This document shows, piece after piece, positions 9,894-17,455 of a stretch of DNA of 32,000 bases. Positions within the stretch are counted from its first letter, which is position 1. Each line of letters starts with the position of its first letter. Origin of the DNA: Propionibacteriaceae bacterium (GTDB taxonomy: Bacteria > Actinomycetota > Actinomycetes > Propionibacteriales > Propionibacteriaceae). The notes under the pieces are model-generated. The model had not been told where the DNA came from and did no database searches. It was given only the letters and a program-made list of their open reading frames with translations. The position numbers and the translations under genes are program-made. Location: contig JAIRQE010000006.1 of the NCBI GenBank assembly GCA_031256725.1, positions 90,001 through 122,000 of the forward strand, read 5' to 3'.

Positions 9894-11258
9894 ATGAATC
9901 CAGTCTTTTTCGTGGCACTTGTTGCTGGAAAACTGTGTGCGCTTCTCATACGGATTCTTGCGCCGCGCAGGGGTACGAACATTCCAGGACTCATTGCTGT
10001 AAAAATCGATAAGAAGTTCCTTACCAGGGTTCAGGGTATTGATCCGGCGAAGACTATTTTCATTACGGGGACCAACGGAAAATCAACATCGACCAACTTG
10101 GTTGTACACACTCTTAAAAGCGCAGGGCTGTCTGTTTGTTCAAACCTTGAAGGTGCCAATATGCAGCCGGGGGTGGCGACTGCTCTGCTTGGTGCCACAA
10201 CTCTTGGTGGCAGATTCACGAAAGACTATCTTGTTCTTGAAATTGATGAACGTAGTCTTGGGCTGGTCTGCGCTGATCTCAAGCCTGGTCATCTGTGTGT
10301 GATGAATATCCAAAAGGATCAGGTTCAGCGTAATGGGGAACCCGACTATATCTTCCAGAAGATTAGGACTGTGGTTTCATCACTGTCGAATCTTAGTATT
10401 TATCTAAATAATGATGAGCCTCGCTCTTTGGCTCTCGCGGACTCGTGGAGGGAAGGGTTGAAGGTCGTCACCTTCTCGGTGGCCAAGAATTCTCGAAGTT
10501 CAGTCATGGAGGCAGACTGGGGTGTGACCATGCCATGTCCTCGATGTCATGATGCACTTGAGTTCTCCCATATGACTATTGCGGGAATGGGATCATTCCA
10601 CTGCGTTTCATGCGGATTCCGGTCGGGGTCTGCCGCCACGGTCATTGACAGTGTTGACTATGCCACAAGCACTTTCACTTCCGAATCTGTGAGCTATCAT
10701 CTAGCCTATCAAGCGGCTTTCTTTGTTTACAGTTGTTCCCTATGTCTGTGTCTTGCTGCGGAGCTTGGTGTTGATACTGACAAAGTCGTGAAAGCCCTAG
10801 AATCCTTTGAGAATATCGGCGGCAGAATGGAGTCATTTACCTATTCTGGCAAGGAGATATTCTATGTACGCATCAAGCAGGAGAACCCAGAGACCCTCCA
10901 AAGTGCGTTTGATACGATGGCAGAGGATTCACACACCAAGGTTGTCTCACTGGGGCCAGATATTGTCAGCGACTTTGTTCCCCATTACTCCAATACTTTC
11001 TATACCTTCGACTGCAACCTTGAACCACTGATTTCTTCTGGAGTTGAGAGATGGGTTTGTTTCGGTGGAGTCACTGCGTGGGACACCGCCAATAGACTGA
11101 GGTACGCGGGTGTACCCGACGACAGGATCGTCATCGTCGACTCGGATGATACCCAACAGATTCTTGATGCCCTTGTCGCCTGCAAGACGGATAAGGTCCA
11201 TCTGATCACATGGATGAAAATGTACACCGATCTCAAGGAGAGAGCCCATGAGCGTTGA
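9894..11258 (+). CDS. MurT-like Mur-ligase family protein, non-canonical (lacks the ADGRD segment)
   Basis: Mur-ligase P-loop ITGTNGKST, EIDERS, KDQVQRNGE, and a Cys4 ribbon CPRC...CVSC. The C-terminal domain is DUF1727-like (IKQENPET ... GVTAWDTANRLRYAGV). ATG 9894 lies 19 nt after the trmI stop; the tracked ORF start at 9678 is an overlap artefact. Confidence 0.8.
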   Translation: MNPVFFVALVAGKLCALLIRILAPRRGTNIPGLIAVKIDKKFLTRVQGIDPAKTIFITGTNGKSTSTNLVVHTLKSAGLSVCSNLEGANMQPGVATALLGATTLGGRFTKDYLVLEIDERSLGLVCADLKPGHLCVMNIQKDQVQRNGEPDYIFQKIRTVVSSLSNLSIYLNNDEPRSLALADSWREGLKVVTFSVAKNSRSSVMEADWGVTMPCPRCHDALEFSHMTIAGMGSFHCVSCGFRSGSAATVIDSVDYATSTFTSESVSYHLAYQAAFFVYSCSLCLCLAAELGVDTDKVVKALESFENIGGRMESFTYSGKEIFYVRIKQENPETLQSAFDTMAEDSHTKVVSLGPDIVSDFVPHYSNTFYTFDCNLEPLISSGVERWVCFGGVTAWDTANRLRYAGVPDDRIVIVDSDDTQQILDALVACKTDKVHLITWMKMYTDLKERAHER

Positions 11259-12009
11259 TGCGAAGGTGAATCTTCTGTGGCTATGGCCAGACATCCTCAA
11301 TCTTCACGGTGATCGAGGCAATGCCATGGCTTTTCAGCGCATAGGCCATCTGTGTGGGGTTGAGGTTGAGGTGACGAGAGTCACTCAACTCTCACAGGGT
11401 TTTGATCTTGAAAAGGCCGATATTGTTCTGCTTGGTTCAGGAGAGATAGTCGTACTACTAAGAATCATTGAGGCCCTTTCTGGGAATCCCCAGTTGGGGT
11501 CGTGGATTGATGATGGGGGAGTTCTCTTTGCCGTAGGGACTACTGGGTCGGCCTTGGGTCGGGTTATCCATCGTCGTGATGGCAAGATCGCGGGTCTTGG
11601 ATTGCTTGATATGGAATCCCATGAGAGGAAAATGATCCTGGGAGATGATCTCATCTATAAGACCCAGGATATGACCATCTATGGAAGCCAGGTGCATATG
11701 ATGGATGTACATTTGGGTCCTTCCCAATCCTCTTTTGGTTCCGTGACCTATGGGTACGGCAACAATGGGGGTTCTGACGAGGGGGCTGTGCGTCAGAATC
11801 TGGTGTACACCAATGCTTTGGGGCCTGTACTTGTGAAGAATCCTTGGCTCGTGGTTGATCTGATTAACCGTGCGTTGGTTCGTCGCGGGATTGCGGAGGA
11901 AGATCGACTGGTATGCGATCCAGCATTGTTCCGCTTTGAACTGGCATCCGCAGAGGCCATCCAACGGTTTAATGACTCGAAGGAGAAGCCACAATGGGCG
12001 CGCGGCTGA
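11248..12009 (+). CDS. GatD-like (CobQ-type glutamine amidotransferase-like) protein without a nucleophile cysteine
   Basis: Collinear by eye with recalled S. aureus GatD (LNLHGDRGN, GLGLLD, VTYGYGNN, GPVLVKNP). The nucleophile elbow reads FAVGTTGSALG, with Val at 11533-11535. The gene overlaps the MurT-like gene by 11 nt. Confidence 0.75.
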   Translation: MSVDAKVNLLWLWPDILNLHGDRGNAMAFQRIGHLCGVEVEVTRVTQLSQGFDLEKADIVLLGSGEIVVLLRIIEALSGNPQLGSWIDDGGVLFAVGTTGSALGRVIHRRDGKIAGLGLLDMESHERKMILGDDLIYKTQDMTIYGSQVHMMDVHLGPSQSSFGSVTYGYGNNGGSDEGAVRQNLVYTNALGPVLVKNPWLVVDLINRALVRRGIAEEDRLVCDPALFRFELASAEAIQRFNDSKEKPQWARG

Positions 12010-13067
12010 CCATTAACACGGAAGCGATCCTTCATAATCTGAGGATCATTCAGCGCCTCGTAGATAGCCATGGTGTGACTATCAGTGTTGTGACCAAAGC
12101 TCTCCTTGGTCATGAGGAACTTATGAAGATGTGGGTGGAAGCTGGTGTCGCCAGTATCTGTGAATCCCGTCTGCCAATCCTGGAGAAGTGGTCAGGAATT
12201 GATGTCGAGAAGTGGTTGATTCGTTCTCCTGTACCCGGTGAAGCAGATCAGGCTGTACGGTGTGCGGACATCACTTTAGTGAGCGAGGGGGAGATACTGG
12301 AGAGTCTCTCTCAAGCAGCAGTGGCTATGGGGTGTATCCATAAAGTCGTGATCATGGTCGAACTGGGGGAGTTGCGTGAAGGCTGTATGCCCGAGGAACT
12401 TCTGGACCTGTGCGAGTTGGCGGTTGGTTTGCCTGGACTTGATCTCCATGGAATTGGTACAAACCTCTCCGACTTTAACGAGGTGGTACCCAATGATGAC
12501 AATAGGGCGGCTCTGATCGCTGCGGCTGATCATGTCGAGAGGACACTGGGTGTGACCCTTGAGGTTATTTCTGGCGGGAATTCCTCATCTTTGGTATCAC
12601 TGATCCAGGGGAAGCATCCGTCACGGATCAACCATCTGCGTATAGGTGAGGCCATACTTCTGGGTACCCTTGCGTGCTTTGTTGACCCTTTTGAAGGGGC
12701 ACGTTTGGATGCCTTTACCGTGGATGCGCCCATCTTTGAGGTCAAGGACAAGCCTTCCATGCCCTGGGGTGAGCGTTCTCCGCGGGGGGTACCCATTGTG
12801 GATGACCCAACATTGGTGGATCGTGGTGTCCGACGTCGAGCACTGGTTGCACTTGGAAAACAGGACATGAGGGCAGAGTACCTTGTTCCCTGTGACCCGA
12901 GTCTCATCATCTATGGTGACACGAGCGACTGTCTCATTGTGGACGTCACAGACTCTAAACGCGACTATCATCTTGGCGACATCGTCCGATTCCGACCAAA
13001 GTACCAAGCTCTGGTGAGTGCGATGAATTCCCCCTATGTCGACAAGATTGTCCTGCGTGGGGATTAA
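11994..13067 (+). CDS. alanine/ornithine/lysine racemase family PLP-dependent enzyme
   Basis: PLP-lysine context SVVTKALLG, plus CESRL, GGNSSS and RIGEAILLG, typical of the ornithine-racemase/YhfX-like fold-type III subgroup. The gene overlaps the GatD-like gene by 16 nt. Confidence 0.8.
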   Translation: MGARLTINTEAILHNLRIIQRLVDSHGVTISVVTKALLGHEELMKMWVEAGVASICESRLPILEKWSGIDVEKWLIRSPVPGEADQAVRCADITLVSEGEILESLSQAAVAMGCIHKVVIMVELGELREGCMPEELLDLCELAVGLPGLDLHGIGTNLSDFNEVVPNDDNRAALIAAADHVERTLGVTLEVISGGNSSSLVSLIQGKHPSRINHLRIGEAILLGTLACFVDPFEGARLDAFTVDAPIFEVKDKPSMPWGERSPRGVPIVDDPTLVDRGVRRRALVALGKQDMRAEYLVPCDPSLIIYGDTSDCLIVDVTDSKRDYHLGDIVRFRPKYQALVSAMNSPYVDKIVLRGD

Positions 13068-13292
13068 TCAGTTCAAAGAATCGGAATCAAAGTAGCCATA
13101 ATACGCTGTGAAGACACGCTTGCACCGACTTAAAACATCGCTCATAACCAGGATCGACGCGCGTGCAGTTTCCTTGTCCATAGAGTACGGATGTACCACC
13201 ATGGCATTGTTGGGTTTGACGCGGAAAGCGTCCTCAGAGAATAGGTCGGTTCCGTCAACTAAATATGCAGTGTGACCGAGAGTGAAAACGAG

Positions 13293-13688
13293 TTATAGGC
13301 AATCTCTATCTGGGGCTGTGTTATATGGGCAGCGATATATATTAATATCCTCGCCACCTACTTCAACAGGCTCAACAACACCAGGCTTCCTTCCCCAACT
13401 GCAGCTTTCTCCATATCTCTCAACAATTTCATCAAACTTTTCCTGGGTGTTATCGAGGTAATACCATTCCTCACCATTCGGTCCCTGGAAATAGCCAGAA
13501 TTCCCAGGTTCTACATGTTCGCCTACCATGCTGCCTGGGTACTCCCACCAGACTTCTGAGTAGCAGTAATCTGCTGGATCCAGTTTATTGGATGTGGATA
13601 ACATGGCATCTCCTCCGCATCCAGAAAGAACAAAAGCGCCAGTCAGAATGCCGATTTTTAAAATGGGCCTAATTATATTGAGTTTCAC
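13293..13688 (-). CDS. small secreted lipoprotein, function unknown
   Basis: Signal peptide with lipobox (ILTGAFVLSGC). GTG start at 13688 lies 8 nt downstream of a (GA)10 tract. The local sequence is visibly AT-richer than its flanks. Confidence 0.65.
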   Translation of the reverse strand: MKLNIIRPILKIGILTGAFVLSGCGGDAMLSTSNKLDPADYCYSEVWWEYPGSMVGEHVEPGNSGYFQGPNGEEWYYLDNTQEKFDEIVERYGESCSWGRKPGVVEPVEVGGEDINIYRCPYNTAPDRDCL

Positions 13689-13696
13689 GCACCAAT

Positions 13697-13716
13697 TCTC
13701 TCTCTCTCTCTCTCTC
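13697..13716. repeat. (TC)10 dinucleotide microsatellite in a divergent intergenic region
   Basis: Ten uninterrupted TC units are read directly from the sequence. They lie between the lipoprotein start (13688, minus) and the PadR promoter/start (plus). Confidence 0.95.
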
Positions 13717-13720
13717 CCTC

Positions 13721-13748
13721 TTGCAAATTGTCAAGATGCATCTATATT
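13721..13748 (+). promoter_or_regulatory. candidate sigma-70-type promoter for the PadR operon
   Basis: TTGCAA (13721-13726), a 16-nt spacer, then TATATT (13743-13748). Sequence match only. Confidence 0.3.
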
Positions 13749-13763
13749 GACAGTCTATCTAGT

Positions 13764-14141
13764 ATGTGTCACGATATAGGTGTGGAAAGTGTTGAAAGAC
13801 CTGCTGAGTGGCTGCGAGGTCTGCTGGATCTGTGTGTTTTGGCTGTGATCGAGCAGGGGCCTACTTATGGGTACAAGATTTCGACAGCGCTGACTACGGC
13901 TGGTCTGGGGGAGATCAAGGGAGGTACCTTGTACCCCTTGCTGTCTCGGGCAGAGCGCGATGGTCTAGTTGACACCCATTGGGAAGCAGGCGATGGGGGG
14001 CCTGGGCGGAAGTTCTACACATTGACCTCTCAAGGCCAGCAAAGGCTAGCCGAACTTCGTACTGCATGGGAGAACTTTCGGGAGGATGTCAACAGGGTTG
14101 TTGAGGGACACCCAAGAATCGAGATTGAGGAGGAATCGTGA
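13764..14141 (+). CDS. PadR family transcriptional regulator
   Basis: Winged-helix PadR signature: LRGLLDLCVLAVIEQGPTYGYKI ... GTLYPLLSRAERDGLV ... RKFYTLTSQG. The start is uncertain (ATG 13764, GTG 13782 or TTG 13728). Confidence 0.85.
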   Translation: MCHDIGVESVERPAEWLRGLLDLCVLAVIEQGPTYGYKISTALTTAGLGEIKGGTLYPLLSRAERDGLVDTHWEAGDGGPGRKFYTLTSQGQQRLAELRTAWENFREDVNRVVEGHPRIEIEEES

Positions 14142-14216
14142 GTGCGTCAATTATGGAGAGTACCCGAAAGTACCATGCTCCTAAGCCGGGAAGCTTGGAG
14201 GCACTAGGAGGCCAGA

Positions 14217-15002
14217 ATGTACCCAGCAAGTAAGTACCCCCACAAGGTACCTAATCCGCGAAGTGTTGAGGGACACCTAGCGCCGCAGGTTGACGCAAAC
14301 TGGAGTCAGCCCTTCATTAAGGAGATGCGGTTCCTGGAGGTACCTGGCCCAGAAATTGGAGCCGCCCTCGCGGATGTCAACACTCATGTGAGTGAATTGG
14401 GTGAGGACGCGTGGAGATCCTTTGGTGAGCCCATTGCTTATGCAGCGAGTCTCAACCTGCCCAGACGAGAACCACGCAAGGTCTATTGGGAACCGGCCTG
14501 CATAGTATTTCAGGCAACAGCGATGTGGATCCTTTGTGAAGCCTTCTGGAGGATGCTTCGTTCCTTTTCGGACTTTTACATCCAGCCGCCTTTGGTTTTC
14601 TTGGTCCTCTGCCTGATGGTTCTCATGAGTACTGGTGATCGAGTTATGAGGTGGATTGTTCACAATTCTGCTTGCCTTCAAACAGCTTTGCTCGCTTCTG
14701 CAGGAATTGTCGGAGCGATGTTTTTTATTCTGTGGATTACTGGTGGTGCTGGCTGGGGAGAACTACCCTTAGTGTGGGCATGGGTGGTTTCAGGTGTTTT
14801 CATGGTCACTGGAACACTACCGTTGGTCATATCTGGACGGTGGGGAAGGATCGCCCGAAATCCCATTCCTGTACCAGATCACCCCAATCCTCCGCGCCAA
14901 CTGAGAGGCTTAATTGATTGGGATAACGTCTTCTGGTTTCCTGTTGGCGCCGTTGTTGTGCCCGTAATCTACTACGGCATCAATTTTGTTTTCTCCGGTT
15001 GA
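14217..15002 (+). CDS. PadR-associated integral membrane protein
   Basis: AGGAGG ribosome-binding site before the ATG. The N-terminal soluble helix region (FIKEMRFLEVPGPEIGAALADVNTHVSELGEDAWRSFGEP) is typical of membrane partners encoded after PadR genes. Several hydrophobic spans follow. Confidence 0.65.
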   Translation: MYPASKYPHKVPNPRSVEGHLAPQVDANWSQPFIKEMRFLEVPGPEIGAALADVNTHVSELGEDAWRSFGEPIAYAASLNLPRREPRKVYWEPACIVFQATAMWILCEAFWRMLRSFSDFYIQPPLVFLVLCLMVLMSTGDRVMRWIVHNSACLQTALLASAGIVGAMFFILWITGGAGWGELPLVWAWVVSGVFMVTGTLPLVISGRWGRIARNPIPVPDHPNPPRQLRGLIDWDNVFWFPVGAVVVPVIYYGINFVFSG

Positions 15003-15039
15003 AAAGGGTTCAACATTGTAATCTGCGAGATGAGTGTTC

Positions 15040-15975
15040 TCACTGGTTGAGGAGGATCTTTGGGGCACGACTTCTGACCATGATGGAGGCGATGACAAGG
15101 TAGGCCACCATACAGATCAGGAGTCCACTGCAGTCTATGAGGGCGGTCTCGAAGGTGGGTTCCCAGGTGAATCCGTGCTCGTCGTAGGGGTTTAGGCTTT
15201 CAAGGTCGATCTGGGCGGCCCAGGCTCCACCGGCCCATCGTGCGGGGATGACTAGGGAGATGAGTTTCAGAACATCGCCAGCCCATCCTTCAAGATTGTC
15301 TAAGGGGATGGGAATTTCGGAGAGCACGACGAACATAGCCAAGGTAGCCATGAGTACCAAAACGGTCGACTTTGTCCCTCTGACAACGCTGGATACTGCC
15401 AAACCCATGGCGGTACAACACCAGGAGTAGAGGACCAACATGATGGCGAGGAAGGCGAAATTATTCTCGTGAACCATCGTTGTGTCGGTCTCGACGAGAA
15501 GGCAGAAGAACCATGCGGTTAGGACACCTAGGACGATTGTGGGGGGAACAGATCCAAGGAATTTCGAGAGGATATGTTGCCACCCGCGTACTCCCCATGA
15601 GGATTCCCGGGCTAGTACCTTCCATTCATCGCTAACACCAGCAGTTGTGAGGCCTATGGAACCAAAGCCAACCACGGTCAAGACAACGAGTAGGGCAGAA
15701 ACCGAGGAAACCGACTCGACTCCGAGGTTGTTTCCCTTGAGAACCGACTTTCCTACGACGGCCGCCATCAGAGGAAACAAGACGATGATCCACACCGCTT
15801 TGAGTCGCCCCAAGGCCCATTTTCGGATGAAGTTGAGTACCTTGGATTCCCCAGGCTTGTAGGGGACCCAGGCGCTGAAGGGGCGTCCCAGTTCACGGGA
15901 GACCAGGGTACGTAGGCGACCAGAATGTCGAGGACTATAGGATTTGAGAAGCTGATCAAGTGTCTTCTTTGCCAT
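15040..15975 (-). CDS. ABC-2 type transporter permease
   Basis: Multiple hydrophobic spans. ATG 15975 lies 1 nt after the ATPase stop (TGAGATG). It is the last gene of the five-gene operon. Confidence 0.7.
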   Translation of the reverse strand: MAKKTLDQLLKSYSPRHSGRLRTLVSRELGRPFSAWVPYKPGESKVLNFIRKWALGRLKAVWIIVLFPLMAAVVGKSVLKGNNLGVESVSSVSALLVVLTVVGFGSIGLTTAGVSDEWKVLARESSWGVRGWQHILSKFLGSVPPTIVLGVLTAWFFCLLVETDTTMVHENNFAFLAIMLVLYSWCCTAMGLAVSSVVRGTKSTVLVLMATLAMFVVLSEIPIPLDNLEGWAGDVLKLISLVIPARWAGGAWAAQIDLESLNPYDEHGFTWEPTFETALIDCSGLLICMVAYLVIASIMVRSRAPKILLNQ

Positions 15976-15976
15976 C

Positions 15977-17455
15977 TCACCACCGCCCGTTCTCAAGGTT
16001 TTCCATGAGCTGTGCATCGTCACCAGGGGCAGCATTGCAGGCAAGGTACATGTCGGCCTTGCGTCCTTCGTAGGCGACTTCGCTGAGGAACTGGTTCCGG
16101 ATTCCCAAAAGGATCACATAGGCATCGTCAGGCAGATGTACCAGGGTGTGGGTCACCATGATGACGATCTTTGTACTCGACTCTGAGGCAACGAGTTCAA
16201 GGGATCTCATGAGTGCCCGATCGCTAGCGGGGTCGAGTCCAGAATTGGGTTCGTCAAGAAGCAGGATCGTCGGAATACTCATCAGTTCCATAGCCAGGGA
16301 GATCCTCTTGAGTTGCCCACCTGAGAAACTACTCATGTAGTCGTTGTGGCGTTTCATGAACACATCAATCAGTCCAGTATTATTCAGAGCCTTCTTCATG
16401 GTCTCGTGGATCTCATGGGAGCCACCAGGGGTACGTTTCAGCCAATAAGCATCAGAAAGCATTCGCCCCAAAGACACATCTGGCGCCAAAACAGTTTCCT
16501 GGGGTACAAGTGCCGCCACATGTTGTCGTTTCCTGCCACGAGTATGGAGGGGTTCCTCGCCCAACAGCATGGTTGGGTTTCCACGGGTGCGTGTACCTGC
16601 AGAAATTAGAGCACGAAGCAGGGTCGTCTTTCCTGTACCACTGGGGCCACATAATGCCACGACAGAGTTCATTGGAACGCTGAAGGTCAATTCCAGTCGT
16701 TTCTGTGGTCTGGATTTATGTCCGATGGGAAGGATCAGATTGTTGACAGTGAGGGCGTGAAGCCGGTCAGGGCGTTTGGGATCTGTACTGGGAATATCGC
16801 AAGGGCTAGCCTCAAGAAACTCGAACCCAAACCAGCTAAAACGGGTACCTGCGATCTCGAACCATTCGCCAGGGGAGAGTTCAACCGAATCGTGGACTCC
16901 AGCCCCATTGCTGAGGAATACTCCCCGGTCAGCTCCCTTGTGGCGAATGATGGTCAAGGATTCTGCTTGGGCATTCCATCGCAGGGTTGCAGCACGACTT
17001 GGCAGGCCCGGTGTAGTGACCACGAGGTCGCAGGATTCTGCACTGCCCAAGGTGAGGAACTCGCCTGGCCTCAAAGTGAGAGATGAGTCTGCTCGTTCAG
17101 GCCGTTTGAGTCTGGGGCGAGGAATCCTGAAAGGAACCGGTGCCAGGGAAACCTGAATAAAACCGTCTTTCTGGACGGTGAACCTCACCTTATCGATCTC
17201 GAACCACTCAAATTCGCTGACCCTGATGGAGTCATGAGCTCCGTTCACGTCAGTCAGCTGTGTTCGGCGACCATGTTTGACCACAGTCAGTCGCTCGCGC
17301 TCCTCATCCCATTGGAGACTTGCCGCATGGGCGGGAAAACCAGGGCGACGTACCAGTATTTGACAGGCAGAGTCAGAGCCGAGAAGGATCCACTGTCCGG
17401 CAGGGATCTGATGGATTTCCTGATGAGTACTCTCAGTCACGGGTCCCCCCATCAT
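15977..17455 (-). CDS. ABC transporter ATP-binding protein with two N-terminal FHA-like modules
   Basis: The ABC cassette has Walker A GPSGTGKT, Q-loop LVPQET, signature FSGGQ, Walker B ILLLDEP and H-loop VTHT. Two N-terminal repeats (about residues 15-100 and 125-210) show an FHA pattern: LLGS..C.ILV..PG..AHA ... NG ... F.I. Architecture resembles M. tuberculosis Rv1747, but with the permease encoded separately. Confidence 0.8.
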   Translation of the reverse strand: MMGGPVTESTHQEIHQIPAGQWILLGSDSACQILVRRPGFPAHAASLQWDEERERLTVVKHGRRTQLTDVNGAHDSIRVSEFEWFEIDKVRFTVQKDGFIQVSLAPVPFRIPRPRLKRPERADSSLTLRPGEFLTLGSAESCDLVVTTPGLPSRAATLRWNAQAESLTIIRHKGADRGVFLSNGAGVHDSVELSPGEWFEIAGTRFSWFGFEFLEASPCDIPSTDPKRPDRLHALTVNNLILPIGHKSRPQKRLELTFSVPMNSVVALCGPSGTGKTTLLRALISAGTRTRGNPTMLLGEEPLHTRGRKRQHVAALVPQETVLAPDVSLGRMLSDAYWLKRTPGGSHEIHETMKKALNNTGLIDVFMKRHNDYMSSFSGGQLKRISLAMELMSIPTILLLDEPNSGLDPASDRALMRSLELVASESSTKIVIMVTHTLVHLPDDAYVILLGIRNQFLSEVAYEGRKADMYLACNAAPGDDAQLMENLENGRW

